Below the pieces are notes generated by a model, which saw only the letters and a list, made by a program, of their open reading frames with translations, ran no database searches and had not been told where the DNA came from. A DNA stretch of 64,000 nucleotides from a virus (lineage: Duplodnaviria > Caudoviricetes): the IMG/VR virus record IMGVR_UViG_3300049919_000118, positions 1,262 through 65,261 of that record, one strand, 5' to 3'. Made by a program: the position numbers and the translations under genes. Positions within the stretch are counted from its first letter, which is position 1. Each line of letters begins with the position of its first letter. This document shows positions 38,301 to 46,990 of the stretch, one piece after another.

Positions 38301-38766
38301 CACCCTCAAGGAATCGCTTTGCCTTATCGGCTACGGGGCCAGTGTCTTCACCGTAAGCCCTACGCTCAACTTGATCTATTCTCTGATTGAGAAAGTATTC
38401 CGTATCATCTTTCTGAGATGGGTTCTTACTGGCGATCCCCTTAATGTTCTCCCTGAACATTTTAATCTCATCCTCTTTCTCTGATAGGCTGAGATCTTCA
38501 TAGCCCTTCTTTTGTGATGGGAGAATAATATTATTTTCCTGAAGGAATTGCTCAGGCATAGCGCGGCCCAATCCTAACGCCTGACGGTATTGCCTATTGC
38601 GATCATTAGATATAGCGTTTACTTCATCTGGATTAGCATCTGGATTTCTACGAAGATACTCTTCGCGATGCAATGAAATCTCTTTTTGCTGCTCACTATC
38701 AGACATATTATGAAACACTGGGTTTGCATATATGTTTCTATTCGCCTGACTTAGATAGTCTTCCAT
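29305..38766 (-). CDS. Giant internal virion/ejection (polyvalent) protein, 3153 aa
   Basis: Two HExxH zincin units each followed by SLDEF.AE; YkuD-like segment; Ala/Gly hydrophobic N-terminal region; last gene of the structural operon. Confidence 0.8.
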   Translation of the reverse strand: MEDYLSQANRNIYANPVFHNMSDSEQQKEISLHREEYLRRNPDANPDEVNAISNDRNRQYRQALGLGRAMPEQFLQENNIILPSQKKGYEDLSLSEKEDEIKMFRENIKGIASKNPSQKDDTEYFLNQRIDQVERRAYGEDTGPVADKAKRFLEGAGATFFDGLNMPDAADEVRRYVTENPEYDETFMSQLSGGAGSILSAATVMAAAAGATSFAGGSGALAAGAGLTASLAHNSGMRYNEAYRKAVNAGLDDETASAAGWSAMPAAVIDTVADKFLLGGKVFSKAGAAAYDAASASGRAAMVAEAMANNSIRNQVTRLASGALIEGSTEAVGDYYAGLMPFLTTDNKEFLQTDKEALMAFTIGGILGGGISAPPLIADTVGNKAATRTTAQAPMLPVTETTKYGTKSQMNIAESAKDAEAMQDPINQNVVYDLIAAGKYKDARIASVGLLKSEGANRDAKIKEASDAALAAQAAKDAQAQADADSIEKEKAKVTRDASEEQKKIEAANAVARLKAESEAKRRLIDESNLDDAQKLQAKVESAAIYDAKDNINSIRRDVIRANRNLQKATSPEAAESAQKVLDKAKAKLDEATIEGNKQKAKSKGIVSDVGSKINTLAEEANPESGIEKLRGESLLADDESKAQQKIIDDIDLALNTKPDSSITTKSLDDEYKAWRDQADKAQREALLPINEEINVIADKYQKLISGEVSRVKKAKIGQEREAEMSNAKERLGILTESHKAEIEKKKEELRNAKEAVKSGGKSSKVEAKRLNTERKKALEAKAKSDEASSKANARISEIESSAPEAIANSKAKASALLSKARYNGLISIINFKKLISDNIRAVNVLLKDGISNDEVPYLNDLISENIELQSLILDLNSSLGITEVNNIISESELKDDYLQAVADRTRSIDVLSDSLKAHDDTQESLDQIESDAIDYIEAVGYAISVDQAAQVLDATTNDSISTNVEVTGGSTTPPLAYVNMSSSPNQSESSPDGSAMIIDIDLNGIEDVEVQGNGVQASSPEVITANNNAEIAEKELNNDETELSIPAEEIVSSDLILADVGMATLDPSVTPTIEAASLPIVDVNSGGFMTSLARGADASLSFTQYLEDFIRSSKSSESSIDRMIRDIIEKNPSLRIVDQGLVGCDGLYNMFTDTIHIDTRTLRVIGHEVSHALTQKDLYKYVTSRRESSYSKKLESALADPGTPLHIVDLIKVYKYASGHLKASGFIGRSYDGRMTIEQYSFTSLDEFLAEAMSNGEFQDKLSSIPYEGSTLWDKIVKIFTDTYDWIQSIAAPEYVMRSKGNNSLNAALSAAHNIIYQSSDMAKALAAVKQSNLSNSNAGSTILTTSPGTRIPGISPAQQASMVMAESSLDVNERQSAARLMGFKKWSTEVAKEFSERLADYISSGVSSIKGLIKYFKKIISDYSLLLSGTIISTSPLINQSNQRINAKHEYSESVVLPAERSAYFDSESKPISNPQNYEVSETKIDDSMRKLPSFSDGDGNSMTSKDLIERLRQISVDDGTANPASWNLTILALNEGVRKDPLLDKIFKFRAFIHDAMYPKSGTVIGQMDKSIDPKAFDGLGNIWDLEIDELINRLATNKHFREYVNTLTYDGRNALNYISDLISDVEPIEKSETASTVGDMDQSAVLPPIDTYNGNTGPKALKAGQDAAITYGDYINGMIKEFPEYSDKFKELIDDISKKSASLRIVDQKVYGFAGLHDSESNVIHMSGRNPYILTHEIAHALTSNDVYTHVKSRNSGTYLDKINAAREDVKTPAYIKNLIDIYLHSANSLGRSALIGVSASRLSGVELLESYGFTSLDEFIAESRSSDTFRDKLSTVFMGNEDGASDEKLKTGVWDRILAILKKTYRWMVESKDPTSQNAKSRRSALDVAASSIRGGIDSFRSNSSPSALTSSMLDWITSTHDNDGMPFAIADKSSGVIHYFNKDGSPRLAESASFGVIKTGNPSSNFIRVNGADLISGAKHGSRIDVSEESLSHFKDGGYVYILPETEAGKALFKGFTEMENNISFLPSFASEPALTEKQKMAKRAKLTYSRARDIAKGNINDKHDSNTSQIAKALASLKLSDVSRLSSPNLKKFSQLIDNVYESRKSAVVTPQSRNNTTEVIKLIKKIREVMDARFIADTIAAYDGIIDFNSLGIDMTDRASIEKAVNDSVRANNFVNIAARAADKEAELQKKCENWRDEYPNTISLVKSRFGDAKNYLSELIASEGNVDYIKANADFLVEHFNYLTKADVSKMEGLELYQHSYALRNLLDGSFGYFALTSNHIAKQRNKDQDVRSFAKRFRDPVWRGGKMLAVLDWANRKTELHQVELQRVSASKDVRSFVQDYLIGPMYHGVIKVATNQIKAYETEYLAYRKEILGDNPTSEDVILMAIFGRLTQYQYGSNADAQLLVNINKERVSLANSAKYSKTKQGAQYFNEVITPIFEDAVKDIEEYGDGAMDHFVSTLDNRMRGTGGAVEGRNRKMVLAKQQEIFSRFTSTSKMISEGFYGKLFEGQVLYIPNQVISSKSDEAEMPFRLNEEINTTNVKRGVKNLNNRAGHYDDRQVALTGSQRYSYNSEEILSSGVRRLSVDHAVAAEKMILSERLKEGSDLNNIISLDELGEHHQDRVDFIEGMAVKLINNAISVNPPAGDLVGALRHITSAVAKPQLSSIHHIVTQPIAAFVDYASRTGDVKGWLSALRYYTANSSKLDKWLADNASWVSDRSILEVDGLVAGRVPDTSGKVDSKLMTGAKKVYEVAGDIMTFSMRHGDDYSAKATLIAEYARLMKEKRGDFGSLDNLDLDNIDSELMTTAILESEKIINTSNKALRSALFSDREVSTTVIRSMLVAFASHSASLASQVAQSYRNAKDLKAMGAPKEEIAAEYRLIASILAQQITFTSARFYLGGLATTATIGLIQSMFGYDDDDIAKKQARLYEAQQSGNRNAVIRAEHELANAKNVFSVTSKMRNNTQSADSLFKQIIRDGTGAFNIAFNNGLVQKAIFMVPDGWMGEMTKAGIEAESTRLDIKIKKAKEIGDYRKAASLVQQKEILSSAVYIPFAYDNASGMGMGGAYGAVADIAGRGLSEANRGAMGVSEYSWNDLAIAMTAAGLGQADISKTMKAFDKVQNEFWKENDSYQKKLSEDRKKNR

Positions 38767-38774
38767 AATTTAAA

Positions 38775-40604
38775 TTATTTTTTATCCCGCAATGCACTAA
38801 CGATTGAAGCTACAACCAACTGAGCGTTTAAGTCCAGAACCTTTTCCGCTCCATTCTCAGACCTTAACAGACTCCTAGCTTTTGAGTTGAACTCGCCTGA
38901 GTCCCTAACGCCTCCTCCGTCATTGTTAAAAATGCTATCAAGAAATGACTGCTCTTGGCCGCCAAAATTATTAGGAACATCAATGGAAGTTGGGCCAAGC
39001 ATAGGGTCATTGTAGGTTTCCCTTTCCGGTCTACCTACGGTTACGGCCCTTGGTATAGACCTAATGATTGCGTTCTTGTCATCATCTCCAAGCAGGTCGG
39101 CAATCTCGTCGCCCTCAAGCCCTAACGATGAAATCTTTTTCTTTACAACATCGGTAAGCCTGGCGACAAATTCATCGCTCACGGTCCCGTTATATCCAAG
39201 CTCAGTGAGCTTCACGCCCTGAAGGATTTCTTTAACCGGACCTATCTTGCTCAACGAGTCAATCCTATCAACTTTTGACTGAGCGATTAAATCAACTTCA
39301 CCGTCTGGCGTTTTAGGATTCCTATCCAATCCAAGCAAGGCTCCCTTGTCGTTTCTTTCTGACAAGATTCTTTTAGCCTCTTGCTTATAAATCTCTTTGA
39401 ACTTATTCCTATCGGCATCACTATCGAATTTACCAAGAGCTGCGTCCGGAGGTATAATGTATTCACCTGCTTCGCCGATTACATTATTAGCTAATGATTT
39501 CGCTTTGGGTGTTATCGCCATCCCTTTTATAACTCCAGAATCGGAGGTGGAATATTCTCCTGCATCAGCAACCTTTGGCTCAAATTCTCGATATGTCTTT
39601 GATCTTTCATCATCCCTTGTTGGCGTTTTGACATCTGGTATATCCTGCCAGTTGCCAGCGGACCTATTGGAGATAATATTATTTATCTTAGCGCTCGCCT
39701 CAATGATGTCAGCGTCGGCCTTATCGAGCATTGGCTGAAGCTCCGGGTCAATGCCGCCGCCTTTTGAGGTGGCTATGGCCCTAGACCTCATATCGTGGGC
39801 GGACCTCTGCTTCATGAGAAGGTCATTCCGAAGCAGTTGTATCCTCTGCCTATCCGCTATCATATTCCTTTTGGTGTCATCACCATAAAGAGGCATTATC
39901 TTTGGTGCCACCTTAGCGAATTCCTCATCACTAATCGTAAGTAATGAAGCTGCGTTTGCGTTGGCTTCTTCTTTGGTGAATGGGTTTTTATCTAGGTAGC
40001 TCTTTGCCGCCGCTGGATTAACTAACTGAAGAGCGTTATAAAGCTCATCGTTTCTACCATCTGCGATATTGAGAGTGTTGCCTTTATTCTTCTCAACGAG
40101 AGAATCCAGATCTCTATTGTATTTTGCAGCATCAACATAACCATTGTTGAACATGTCGCCCATCCACTTTGATGTGATTTCAGCGTAGTCCTTAACTAGA
40201 CCTAGGCTCGGATTGGATGAGAACTCAGCCTGAAACCTGTCATCAATAGGTTTAATCAAAGCGCTGAACTTCGCTCTATTGTCCGCGTCAATAGAATTAG
40301 CCAAGCTCTTTTTTCTTAGCTCCAACTCAAGAGCTTCGTTCTTCATCTTTAAAGGGCGAATCTCAGCTTCAGCTTGATTTCTCTTCATCTCAAAGAAGTT
40401 CCTGTCCTTGCTAGCTTGAATGCTCGCATTGCTCATCCGCTCTTGTTGAGCAAAGTCAGCCGCCTTTGCTGTCATGTTTGCCTCAAACTGAGAGCTGCTC
40501 GCAAGGTTATTAAGGTTATCGGACATGGCCTTGTCCATCTGGGCATAGACATCCCTTGATACCTGTTGCTGATTATTCAGCAAATTCATATATGATTCAG
40601 CCAT
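38775..40604 (-). CDS. Internal virion/ejection protein
   Basis: 609 aa, helical, lies between the pilot-like and giant proteins. Confidence 0.6.
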   Translation of the reverse strand: MAESYMNLLNNQQQVSRDVYAQMDKAMSDNLNNLASSSQFEANMTAKAADFAQQERMSNASIQASKDRNFFEMKRNQAEAEIRPLKMKNEALELELRKKSLANSIDADNRAKFSALIKPIDDRFQAEFSSNPSLGLVKDYAEITSKWMGDMFNNGYVDAAKYNRDLDSLVEKNKGNTLNIADGRNDELYNALQLVNPAAAKSYLDKNPFTKEEANANAASLLTISDEEFAKVAPKIMPLYGDDTKRNMIADRQRIQLLRNDLLMKQRSAHDMRSRAIATSKGGGIDPELQPMLDKADADIIEASAKINNIISNRSAGNWQDIPDVKTPTRDDERSKTYREFEPKVADAGEYSTSDSGVIKGMAITPKAKSLANNVIGEAGEYIIPPDAALGKFDSDADRNKFKEIYKQEAKRILSERNDKGALLGLDRNPKTPDGEVDLIAQSKVDRIDSLSKIGPVKEILQGVKLTELGYNGTVSDEFVARLTDVVKKKISSLGLEGDEIADLLGDDDKNAIIRSIPRAVTVGRPERETYNDPMLGPTSIDVPNNFGGQEQSFLDSIFNNDGGGVRDSGEFNSKARSLLRSENGAEKVLDLNAQLVVASIVSALRDKK

Positions 40605-40629
40605 GATTCAAAGTGGTTGGTAAATAAAA

Positions 40630-41595
40630 TTATGCGTAGTTGAACGGATTGCGGTATCCATTGTTCGTTTGCCTCTGAGGCAATACTCCCGGTGCCGATT
40701 CCCATCCACCATAAGGCGTCACCGGGATTCCAACATTAGGAGACCCAAGCGGGGAATCGGTAGTTGATCTGAAACCGCTCATGTAATCAGTATCATTTCT
40801 GGCTGGCTCGGTGTATCCACTTGGAATATCTGTTGGGACGAATGGTTTTCCGCCACCCATTTCTCCGGCCTTGCCTAAAGAGCTTGCATACTTCTGGGCT
40901 ACCAAATCATAAGCGTCTTGATGTTGACCATAAGAAAAAGCCGAGCCGCCAGCCTGCTGGAACGCTGTTCCAAAAGCCTGCTGAGGAACACCCTGAGTTG
41001 CGGCTGCTGCTGAACGACCAGCGTTCACCCCTTGAACCCTATCCTTATCAAGTTGATACCTTGTATTAAAGCTCTGATCCAAGATGCCGAACTCATTCCC
41101 GAGCAGGGATTGACTCTCACGACTTAGATAGTCAGAGATGCTTAGAGCTTGACCAATTCCCTCTTTCCTAAAATTCATTTGCTGGTCTGCCGCAAGTCCA
41201 GCGAACGCGCCAATGGGCGACCCGCTTCCGACAGTGTTAATCAAAGCGTCAGACATTCCCTTTCTGAGTTGGGCCTCAAAGCCAGTGAAGTCACCAGCCG
41301 CCAAGGATGAGAAGTCAGACTGCGCCTGCCTCAAATTGCGCAGAGTATCAGTGTCCCCGAAAGCGCCAGTGCTTTCAAAGCGATCAAAGATTCCTCCAAG
41401 GTTATACAGCTTTTCTTTCTTCTCGTTAATTAACCCATCAAGCGAAAGAGACTGCCTTGAGTATAGCTCTTCATTCGCCTTCGCGTTAGCCTTGGCCGCT
41501 TTGTTAGCGGCCTTGGCACTCTTCGCTGTTCCAATGGCTGATCCTATCGCGCCAATTCCAGCAAGACCTAATCCTATTGCGCCTATCGGAATCAT
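40630..41595 (-). CDS. DNA pilot/ejection protein
   Basis: Gly/Ala-rich hydrophobic N-terminus followed by AAKAANKAAKA. Confidence 0.65.
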   Translation of the reverse strand: MIPIGAIGLGLAGIGAIGSAIGTAKSAKAANKAAKANAKANEELYSRQSLSLDGLINEKKEKLYNLGGIFDRFESTGAFGDTDTLRNLRQAQSDFSSLAAGDFTGFEAQLRKGMSDALINTVGSGSPIGAFAGLAADQQMNFRKEGIGQALSISDYLSRESQSLLGNEFGILDQSFNTRYQLDKDRVQGVNAGRSAAAATQGVPQQAFGTAFQQAGGSAFSYGQHQDAYDLVAQKYASSLGKAGEMGGGKPFVPTDIPSGYTEPARNDTDYMSGFRSTTDSPLGSPNVGIPVTPYGGWESAPGVLPQRQTNNGYRNPFNYA

Positions 41596-41596
41596 A

Positions 41597-42643
41597 TTAT
41601 TTGTAGTATCTTAATGCGTTTGGTAGATCCTCATACATTGAGACATCTACTTGAATCGGGCTTTGGGATGGGGATTCCTCTTCTCTCTTTTCTTTTTCAA
41701 GAACAGATATTCCCTGAGAGATGAATGACATCCCGACATCCTGTTGTTCTTTATAATAAAAGAAGTATATCCCTTTGCAAAGGGATATCAATGCTTCTTC
41801 ATTGGATATAATTAAACTGTCAGTCGGATGAACTAGGTCGTCTTGCTGTCCAATCTTGAACAGGCAGTGAAGTGCGCTCAATCCACATAGCTGCTCAGGA
41901 ACAAGATACTTCCTATACTTGGAAAATCTTTGATTAGGCTCAAGCCTTCCTATTGGATACCCAGTGTGCTTGTAATCAATAGCGACAATCTCAATAGGCG
42001 ATCTGGTTGCCGTCTTGGTTATAGAGAGGATCTCGGAAAACTTAATATTATTTATATAGTTGAATCCGGGTATGACATCAATCTCTACGCCGTTGACCGT
42101 ATCAACTCCGGTCGCTTCGCACTTACACCCAGATGGCGAGCCGAACTCGCTGTTCTTGTAGGTATAGACGGATGCTCCATCTTTATACCTGCCGGATATT
42201 GTAACCTTTTCGTTAGCACCTATCGGACCAAGAGACCTTACACCAACAAGAACGCCGCTAGCAAAATCAACATTGCCAGCATCAAAGTATGGGACTTCAC
42301 CTATATCATAAACGTCAGTGTTCCACTTGCACGTAGAGGTATCACGAATATCTCCATAGCCATTCTTATGAAACATGAAATACTTATCACGTATCGAAGA
42401 TGAATTGCTCAGGCTGTTTATTGCTAATAGAATTGGATGGCTGACAGGTGCCATTATGTATGACTGACCTGAAGCGTCCTTATGGATTGGCACAGTGAAC
42501 TCAGACTCCATGCCCAACCACTTGCCTTCCTGCCAAGCCTTGTTCATTCCAAGCTTTAGGATTTCATATATCTCACCCTTATCTTGAGGCCAACGCTTCT
42601 CGATAAATTTCGATACTAACTTTCCTGCTATCTCTGCGTTCAT
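41597..42643 (-). CDS. Putative tail adaptor / tubular protein A
   Basis: Position and size; C-terminal helical ALISLCKG..LEKE. Confidence 0.5.
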   Translation of the reverse strand: MNAEIAGKLVSKFIEKRWPQDKGEIYEILKLGMNKAWQEGKWLGMESEFTVPIHKDASGQSYIMAPVSHPILLAINSLSNSSSIRDKYFMFHKNGYGDIRDTSTCKWNTDVYDIGEVPYFDAGNVDFASGVLVGVRSLGPIGANEKVTISGRYKDGASVYTYKNSEFGSPSGCKCEATGVDTVNGVEIDVIPGFNYINNIKFSEILSITKTATRSPIEIVAIDYKHTGYPIGRLEPNQRFSKYRKYLVPEQLCGLSALHCLFKIGQQDDLVHPTDSLIISNEEALISLCKGIYFFYYKEQQDVGMSFISQGISVLEKEKREEESPSQSPIQVDVSMYEDLPNALRYYK

Positions 42644-44376
42644 ATAATTCTTACGATTGAATAGCCGTAGTCAGGACGCATCTCATAAGTTAATATTATG
42701 CAGCAAGTCTCTGGCTGACTAATGGTCAAGTCGTTATTGGATACAGTAGCAACTGTGATAATCGAATCAAGGTTTAATGGGCCAACAAATTCAATTCGAT
42801 ATTGTAGAACGGAGAATTTGCGCCCGAACTCATAACATGGGCTGAACTTGGCTTCAGGAAGCATTACGAATGGTCGCGTTTGACCACGGCTGTTCTCACC
42901 ATCCCTGCATATTAAGTGGGTCAACGAAGACACTTCTGCCCATTCACCTTGAACTTCAGGCCTAGCGAAGACGTTCATCGTTATGGTCCTGTCGGTTAGG
43001 TTGAGGCGATAGAACCTTCTGTCTGGATTCTTTAGAAGTAGTGGCGCATCAAAAGAATACGCTCTAGTCTCAATGAATCCCTCAATCTCTCTCACGACTC
43101 CATGCTCGTCAATGTCATGATTGGAGCTTTCATTCATGAAATACATTCTGTTGATCCCGTCAATATCATGCGAATGAATGTATAAGGCATCTCGATCATC
43201 GCTTGTGATTGATGTCATGCACCAAGGCTGAACTCCAGTAAACACTGATTCAAATCTTCTTGGTGTATTATCACCACCAGAATAAATAGTAGCCGGGTTA
43301 AATGATAGGATGCCATTCCATATAACTCTATCACCCTTAGCCTTTGGGGAAACAGTGGTGAACATCCTCTTGTTACACGCCCTACTATAACAATACTTCA
43401 GCATGGAGGTATCGTCAGAATCAAGATAGTAGTCAGCTTCAGATGATTGATTGCCAACAGCATCAAGATTAACAAACTGATACTCCGACTGCTTCATGTC
43501 AGCAATGCCAATCTTAGAACTCCTGAAGTAGATGTTTGTGTTGAACACCTCAAAAGAATACGGACTAGCAGCAGAGAATCCTGGGACGGTTTCGCTAACC
43601 TTCCCAACGGCAGACCCTAAGTTTGCCCACTCAGATCTAGTCCCACGAACGTCTGCTGAATAGATGTCCTTGTTTGATGACCAGATCAAATTACCACCCT
43701 CGACAGTTCCCGTGATTGACTTCTGCTTTGCTATTGCAGTTATATACTCAGTATCGTCAGGACACATGAAGCCAAATATATTCGTGTCTTCAAGAGTGTT
43801 CTTCGTTGGTTGCATGAAGTCAGAGGCAAGAATCCTCTTACCATCAGCATCGACATAGAAGAATCTGAACTGAACATACACACCCATCTTGCCCGGACCT
43901 ATACCACCATTGCTTGGATTAGTCCTTACCGCTGAAGTTGCTGTTACATGAAATGGATTACTGATCCCGTCATTGACAATGCACCCACCCGGTATCTGGG
44001 AAACCCAAATGCTCTTTGCATTGACATCATTAAGAGATTGGCGGTTGAGAGCCTCAACGGAAAAAGTAACATTGCTAGTTCTTGTGAACCTAAGGATCAA
44101 TCCATCAACAACGCAAATAATATAAACTTTTCCATCCACCAAGAAGTAACCCTCACCTTGTATCCTTCCTGTTCTGTAAGCTTCTTTGGTTTGCTTGGTA
44201 TCAAACGAAAGCTTACAGCAATGCAAACCAAAGCGCACACCTACACCTCCCAATGAATTGGGGATGATTACATTGCACGCCTTGGAATACTGCGATGGAT
44301 TGATGTCAGCTGGACTTCTCGAAGTGTCCATGCCTCCAATCCATTTCGTGGTTCCGTCTGATACAAGCTCGGGCAT
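42640..44376 (-). CDS. Putative tail tubular protein B / nozzle
   Basis: N-terminal GGMD..P..N motif, beta-rich, 578 aa. Confidence 0.6.
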   Translation of the reverse strand: MPELVSDGTTKWIGGMDTSRSPADINPSQYSKACNVIIPNSLGGVGVRFGLHCCKLSFDTKQTKEAYRTGRIQGEGYFLVDGKVYIICVVDGLILRFTRTSNVTFSVEALNRQSLNDVNAKSIWVSQIPGGCIVNDGISNPFHVTATSAVRTNPSNGGIGPGKMGVYVQFRFFYVDADGKRILASDFMQPTKNTLEDTNIFGFMCPDDTEYITAIAKQKSITGTVEGGNLIWSSNKDIYSADVRGTRSEWANLGSAVGKVSETVPGFSAASPYSFEVFNTNIYFRSSKIGIADMKQSEYQFVNLDAVGNQSSEADYYLDSDDTSMLKYCYSRACNKRMFTTVSPKAKGDRVIWNGILSFNPATIYSGGDNTPRRFESVFTGVQPWCMTSITSDDRDALYIHSHDIDGINRMYFMNESSNHDIDEHGVVREIEGFIETRAYSFDAPLLLKNPDRRFYRLNLTDRTITMNVFARPEVQGEWAEVSSLTHLICRDGENSRGQTRPFVMLPEAKFSPCYEFGRKFSVLQYRIEFVGPLNLDSIITVATVSNNDLTISQPETCCIILTYEMRPDYGYSIVRII

Positions 44377-44419
44377 AATTTTATTTCATCAAATTGAGGG
44401 CAAAGCCCTATAATATTAT

Positions 44420-45607
44420 TTAGAGAAAAACTCCATCAACGAAGATTGAGTAATTATACTTAGCTGTTCCAGCAGTTCCGGTTACTTGAAGATTCAGCCT
44501 AACGGTGTGGTTTGATCTACTTACCAATATCGGGAACGATACTGAAACATTGTTTGGGCTATCGTTAGCATAAAGCCTAGCCTTCTCTTGCCCTTGCATA
44601 CTTATAACCATTGCTACGTATCCAGCCGTTGGAGCTTGAAGCGCAACCTCCAATCTGACCATCGCGTAATAATCACCATGGATAAATGAAAACTGATTAA
44701 GCTGGGCGTCGTAAAGAGAGTGATCAAAATCAGCGGCTTGAGGAACAAGCAATGCTGGCCAGTCTGCCGGCGATAAAGAGTTGTGGGCGCGAGCCGCTTG
44801 AGATGGAACGCTGTAAAATGCTGGAAACCTAGATGGCCCGATTGGAGTTTCCACTCCTTGAGCAATAGCTAGTGAATATGTGTTGCCGGGGCCTACATTG
44901 GAATGCTCGGCGTAACTCTGCATCTGAGCAAACTCGCCACTAGATAATACAATACCAATTCTTCTTGCTGTTGATACGTATGGCGGAAGCGTTCCCGACA
45001 AAGGGAAGTATAGCTTTCCAGCGCTCCATACTGCGCCGGGTATTCTTTTAATTCCGACACACGATGATGGGTCGCTTGGGTTGTTGCTAAACCATCCAAC
45101 CAGCTCCGCGCTCGCATCACCCAATGCTTGACCTAATGTCGGAAGACACAGGGTCGTTGCATCATCAAGAGTGCCATTCAATTCCTCAAGGCTTAGATTG
45201 TAATCGAATGGAGCATCACAAACAACAAACCGCTCACCTTGGTTTACTATGAATCCAACGGTAGGATTGCTGGAAACAATAGAGCCATCATCATTCCGGT
45301 TGATTAGTGTTAGCGTATTATTGGTGATTGCCGCAATCTTAAGTGTCGCCTTGCTAGTCAACATCTGGAGCCACATTCCAATCGAATATACTTCAGCGTT
45401 ACAAACAAGCATTGACGTTTGGCCAGCCGCCACCGGAATAGCAAAGTCACTAAGAGACTCATCAAACATCTCTTCGCTCTTTGAGCAAATAGTCGATGAC
45501 GTTGAAGAAGATGGATCACACGTTGGAGCTTGGCTAGAGGTGGCCTTGACCAATAGATATTCACCAGTGCTATCGGGTGATTCGCACCCACAGTTGTTGT
45601 TTGACAT
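44420..45607 (-). CDS. Putative tail-associated structural protein
   Basis: 395-aa beta-rich ORF in the structural operon. Confidence 0.55.
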   Translation of the reverse strand: MSNNNCGCESPDSTGEYLLVKATSSQAPTCDPSSSTSSTICSKSEEMFDESLSDFAIPVAAGQTSMLVCNAEVYSIGMWLQMLTSKATLKIAAITNNTLTLINRNDDGSIVSSNPTVGFIVNQGERFVVCDAPFDYNLSLEELNGTLDDATTLCLPTLGQALGDASAELVGWFSNNPSDPSSCVGIKRIPGAVWSAGKLYFPLSGTLPPYVSTARRIGIVLSSGEFAQMQSYAEHSNVGPGNTYSLAIAQGVETPIGPSRFPAFYSVPSQAARAHNSLSPADWPALLVPQAADFDHSLYDAQLNQFSFIHGDYYAMVRLEVALQAPTAGYVAMVISMQGQEKARLYANDSPNNVSVSFPILVSRSNHTVRLNLQVTGTAGTAKYNYSIFVDGVFL

Positions 45608-45616
45608 GATTTTGTT

Positions 45617-45886
45617 TTATCTATCTTCCCTGATCTTTTTGATTTCACTTATGATGTTGCGCTCACGAAGGGAGCCAGCATTATGGATGACGCTGAGCTG
45701 CTCCTTGGTTAAGGTTGACAGCTGATTTATATCCAGCCTGTCCTGCTCTCTATCAAGCCTGTCCTGCTCTCTCTCGGAAATATCATTCGACTTCTTGATA
45801 AGATCGAGGATCACCTTCCCTATGAATGCTCCAACAAATATAACATTTGATGTTATTAACGCTGATACCTGATCGTTTAGTTCCAT
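45617..45886 (-). CDS. Holin-like membrane protein
   Basis: One TM helix plus coiled coil, next to the endolysin. Confidence 0.5.
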   Translation of the reverse strand: MELNDQVSALITSNVIFVGAFIGKVILDLIKKSNDISEREQDRLDREQDRLDINQLSTLTKEQLSVIHNAGSLRERNIISEIKKIREDR

Positions 45887-45888
45887 GA

Positions 45889-46080
45889 TTATCTTCCGTT
45901 TTTATTTTCCACAAAGCTAAAGGATGTCGTCAACCTGCTTATGGATCTCGGCAGCAATAAGCAATTTGGTGAAGGCCTCTTGGTTGCTCTCTTAGAGGTC
46001 TTGCGATTCCTCCACTCAATTACCACCATCGAGTAGATGGCGACGAATAGGCAGATGTCAATAAATAAAATTATTTTCAT
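45889..46080 (-). CDS. Small membrane protein (lysis cassette)
   Basis: N-terminal TM helix, basic tail. Confidence 0.5.
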   Translation of the reverse strand: MKIILFIDICLFVAIYSMVVIEWRNRKTSKRATKRPSPNCLLLPRSISRLTTSFSFVENKNGR

Positions 46081-46084
46081 GCAA

Positions 46085-46681
46085 TCAAAAAGCATCAATT
46101 AAAGTGTATGTGAATGAATTCCCAAAGACAGCCCTTGACCTACGACAGAAGGTCATGAAGTCATCGAAGTCTTCACCATTGGCAAAGACTTGGCAGCCTG
46201 CGGAATGAGCACCAACCCTCAAGGTTGTTTGGCTGTCGCTTGACTTGTGAATAGCTATGCCAAAATTCCCAGACATGATAGTATCGGGATCAAGGTCGAA
46301 CTGCTCATCCCTATCTCTATCTCTGTAAACATTGACTGGTCCAAGCTTTTGGCATAAGGCCTCATACTTTCCGCGATGGAGGCCTATGGCGTATGTATCA
46401 AGGTATTGGCCGGGCGCAAGTATAGCGCATCCCTTTGGATTAAGGAGCTTCTCAACCAAGTATCTCTTACCGGGATACGTTGTGATCGGGAAGCTGTAAT
46501 CGGTCCACCTTCCATTATACTTCCAAGCAACCATAAGTTGGCATCCGAACTCATCTAGCTTTGCAGTTCTTGATCGGATGCCAATTATGTTGAGGTTGTT
46601 ATTCTTGGAATCCTCACTAAAGACCTTGTGGCCTATGCTGGATACCCTATCAAGAACACGGTCTCTAGTGTAGAATTTCAT
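46085..46681 (-). CDS. Endolysin, L,D-transpeptidase-like Cys peptidase fold
   Basis: NIIGIR, TTYPG, PGQY and GIAIH..HSAGCQV motifs. Confidence 0.75.
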   Translation of the reverse strand: MKFYTRDRVLDRVSSIGHKVFSEDSKNNNLNIIGIRSRTAKLDEFGCQLMVAWKYNGRWTDYSFPITTYPGKRYLVEKLLNPKGCAILAPGQYLDTYAIGLHRGKYEALCQKLGPVNVYRDRDRDEQFDLDPDTIMSGNFGIAIHKSSDSQTTLRVGAHSAGCQVFANGEDFDDFMTFCRRSRAVFGNSFTYTLIDAF

Positions 46682-46682
46682 A

Positions 46683-46970
46683 TTAGTTTGCAGCTATTAC
46701 TCCATCAAATGTTGTGTCGCAGTTGCACACGTTTGGAATCGTTGCTGGATCGACATCAAGAGCTAATGCGTGAAGATAGTAATCAATCCAGCCGCACTTG
46801 CGCCTCTCCACATTTACCAAGTTGGTGTAACACTCAGGACTTAGGCATGAATAGTAATCGGCATCATGGCCACGGAGAACCAATGCGAATTGAAGTAAGG
46901 CATACTTTGCCTTTAATAAAATGCGCTCGCTCTCATCGTAAGACTTATTCGTTGTTAGGACGTTATTCAT
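46683..46970 (-). CDS. Small Cys-containing structural hypothetical protein
   Basis: ORF just downstream of the capsid terminator. Confidence 0.6.
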   Translation of the reverse strand: MNNVLTTNKSYDESERILLKAKYALLQFALVLRGHDADYYSCLSPECYTNLVNVERRKCGWIDYYLHALALDVDPATIPNVCNCDTTFDGVIAAN

Positions 46971-46990
46971 AATATTATTTTTATACAAGA

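Noticed and set aside
29305-38766. N4- or crAss-type virion RNA polymerase (suggested by size and the hairpin repeats)
   Set aside because: No DxDxD two-barrel motif or T7-like polymerase motifs recognised; zincin and YkuD-like units found instead
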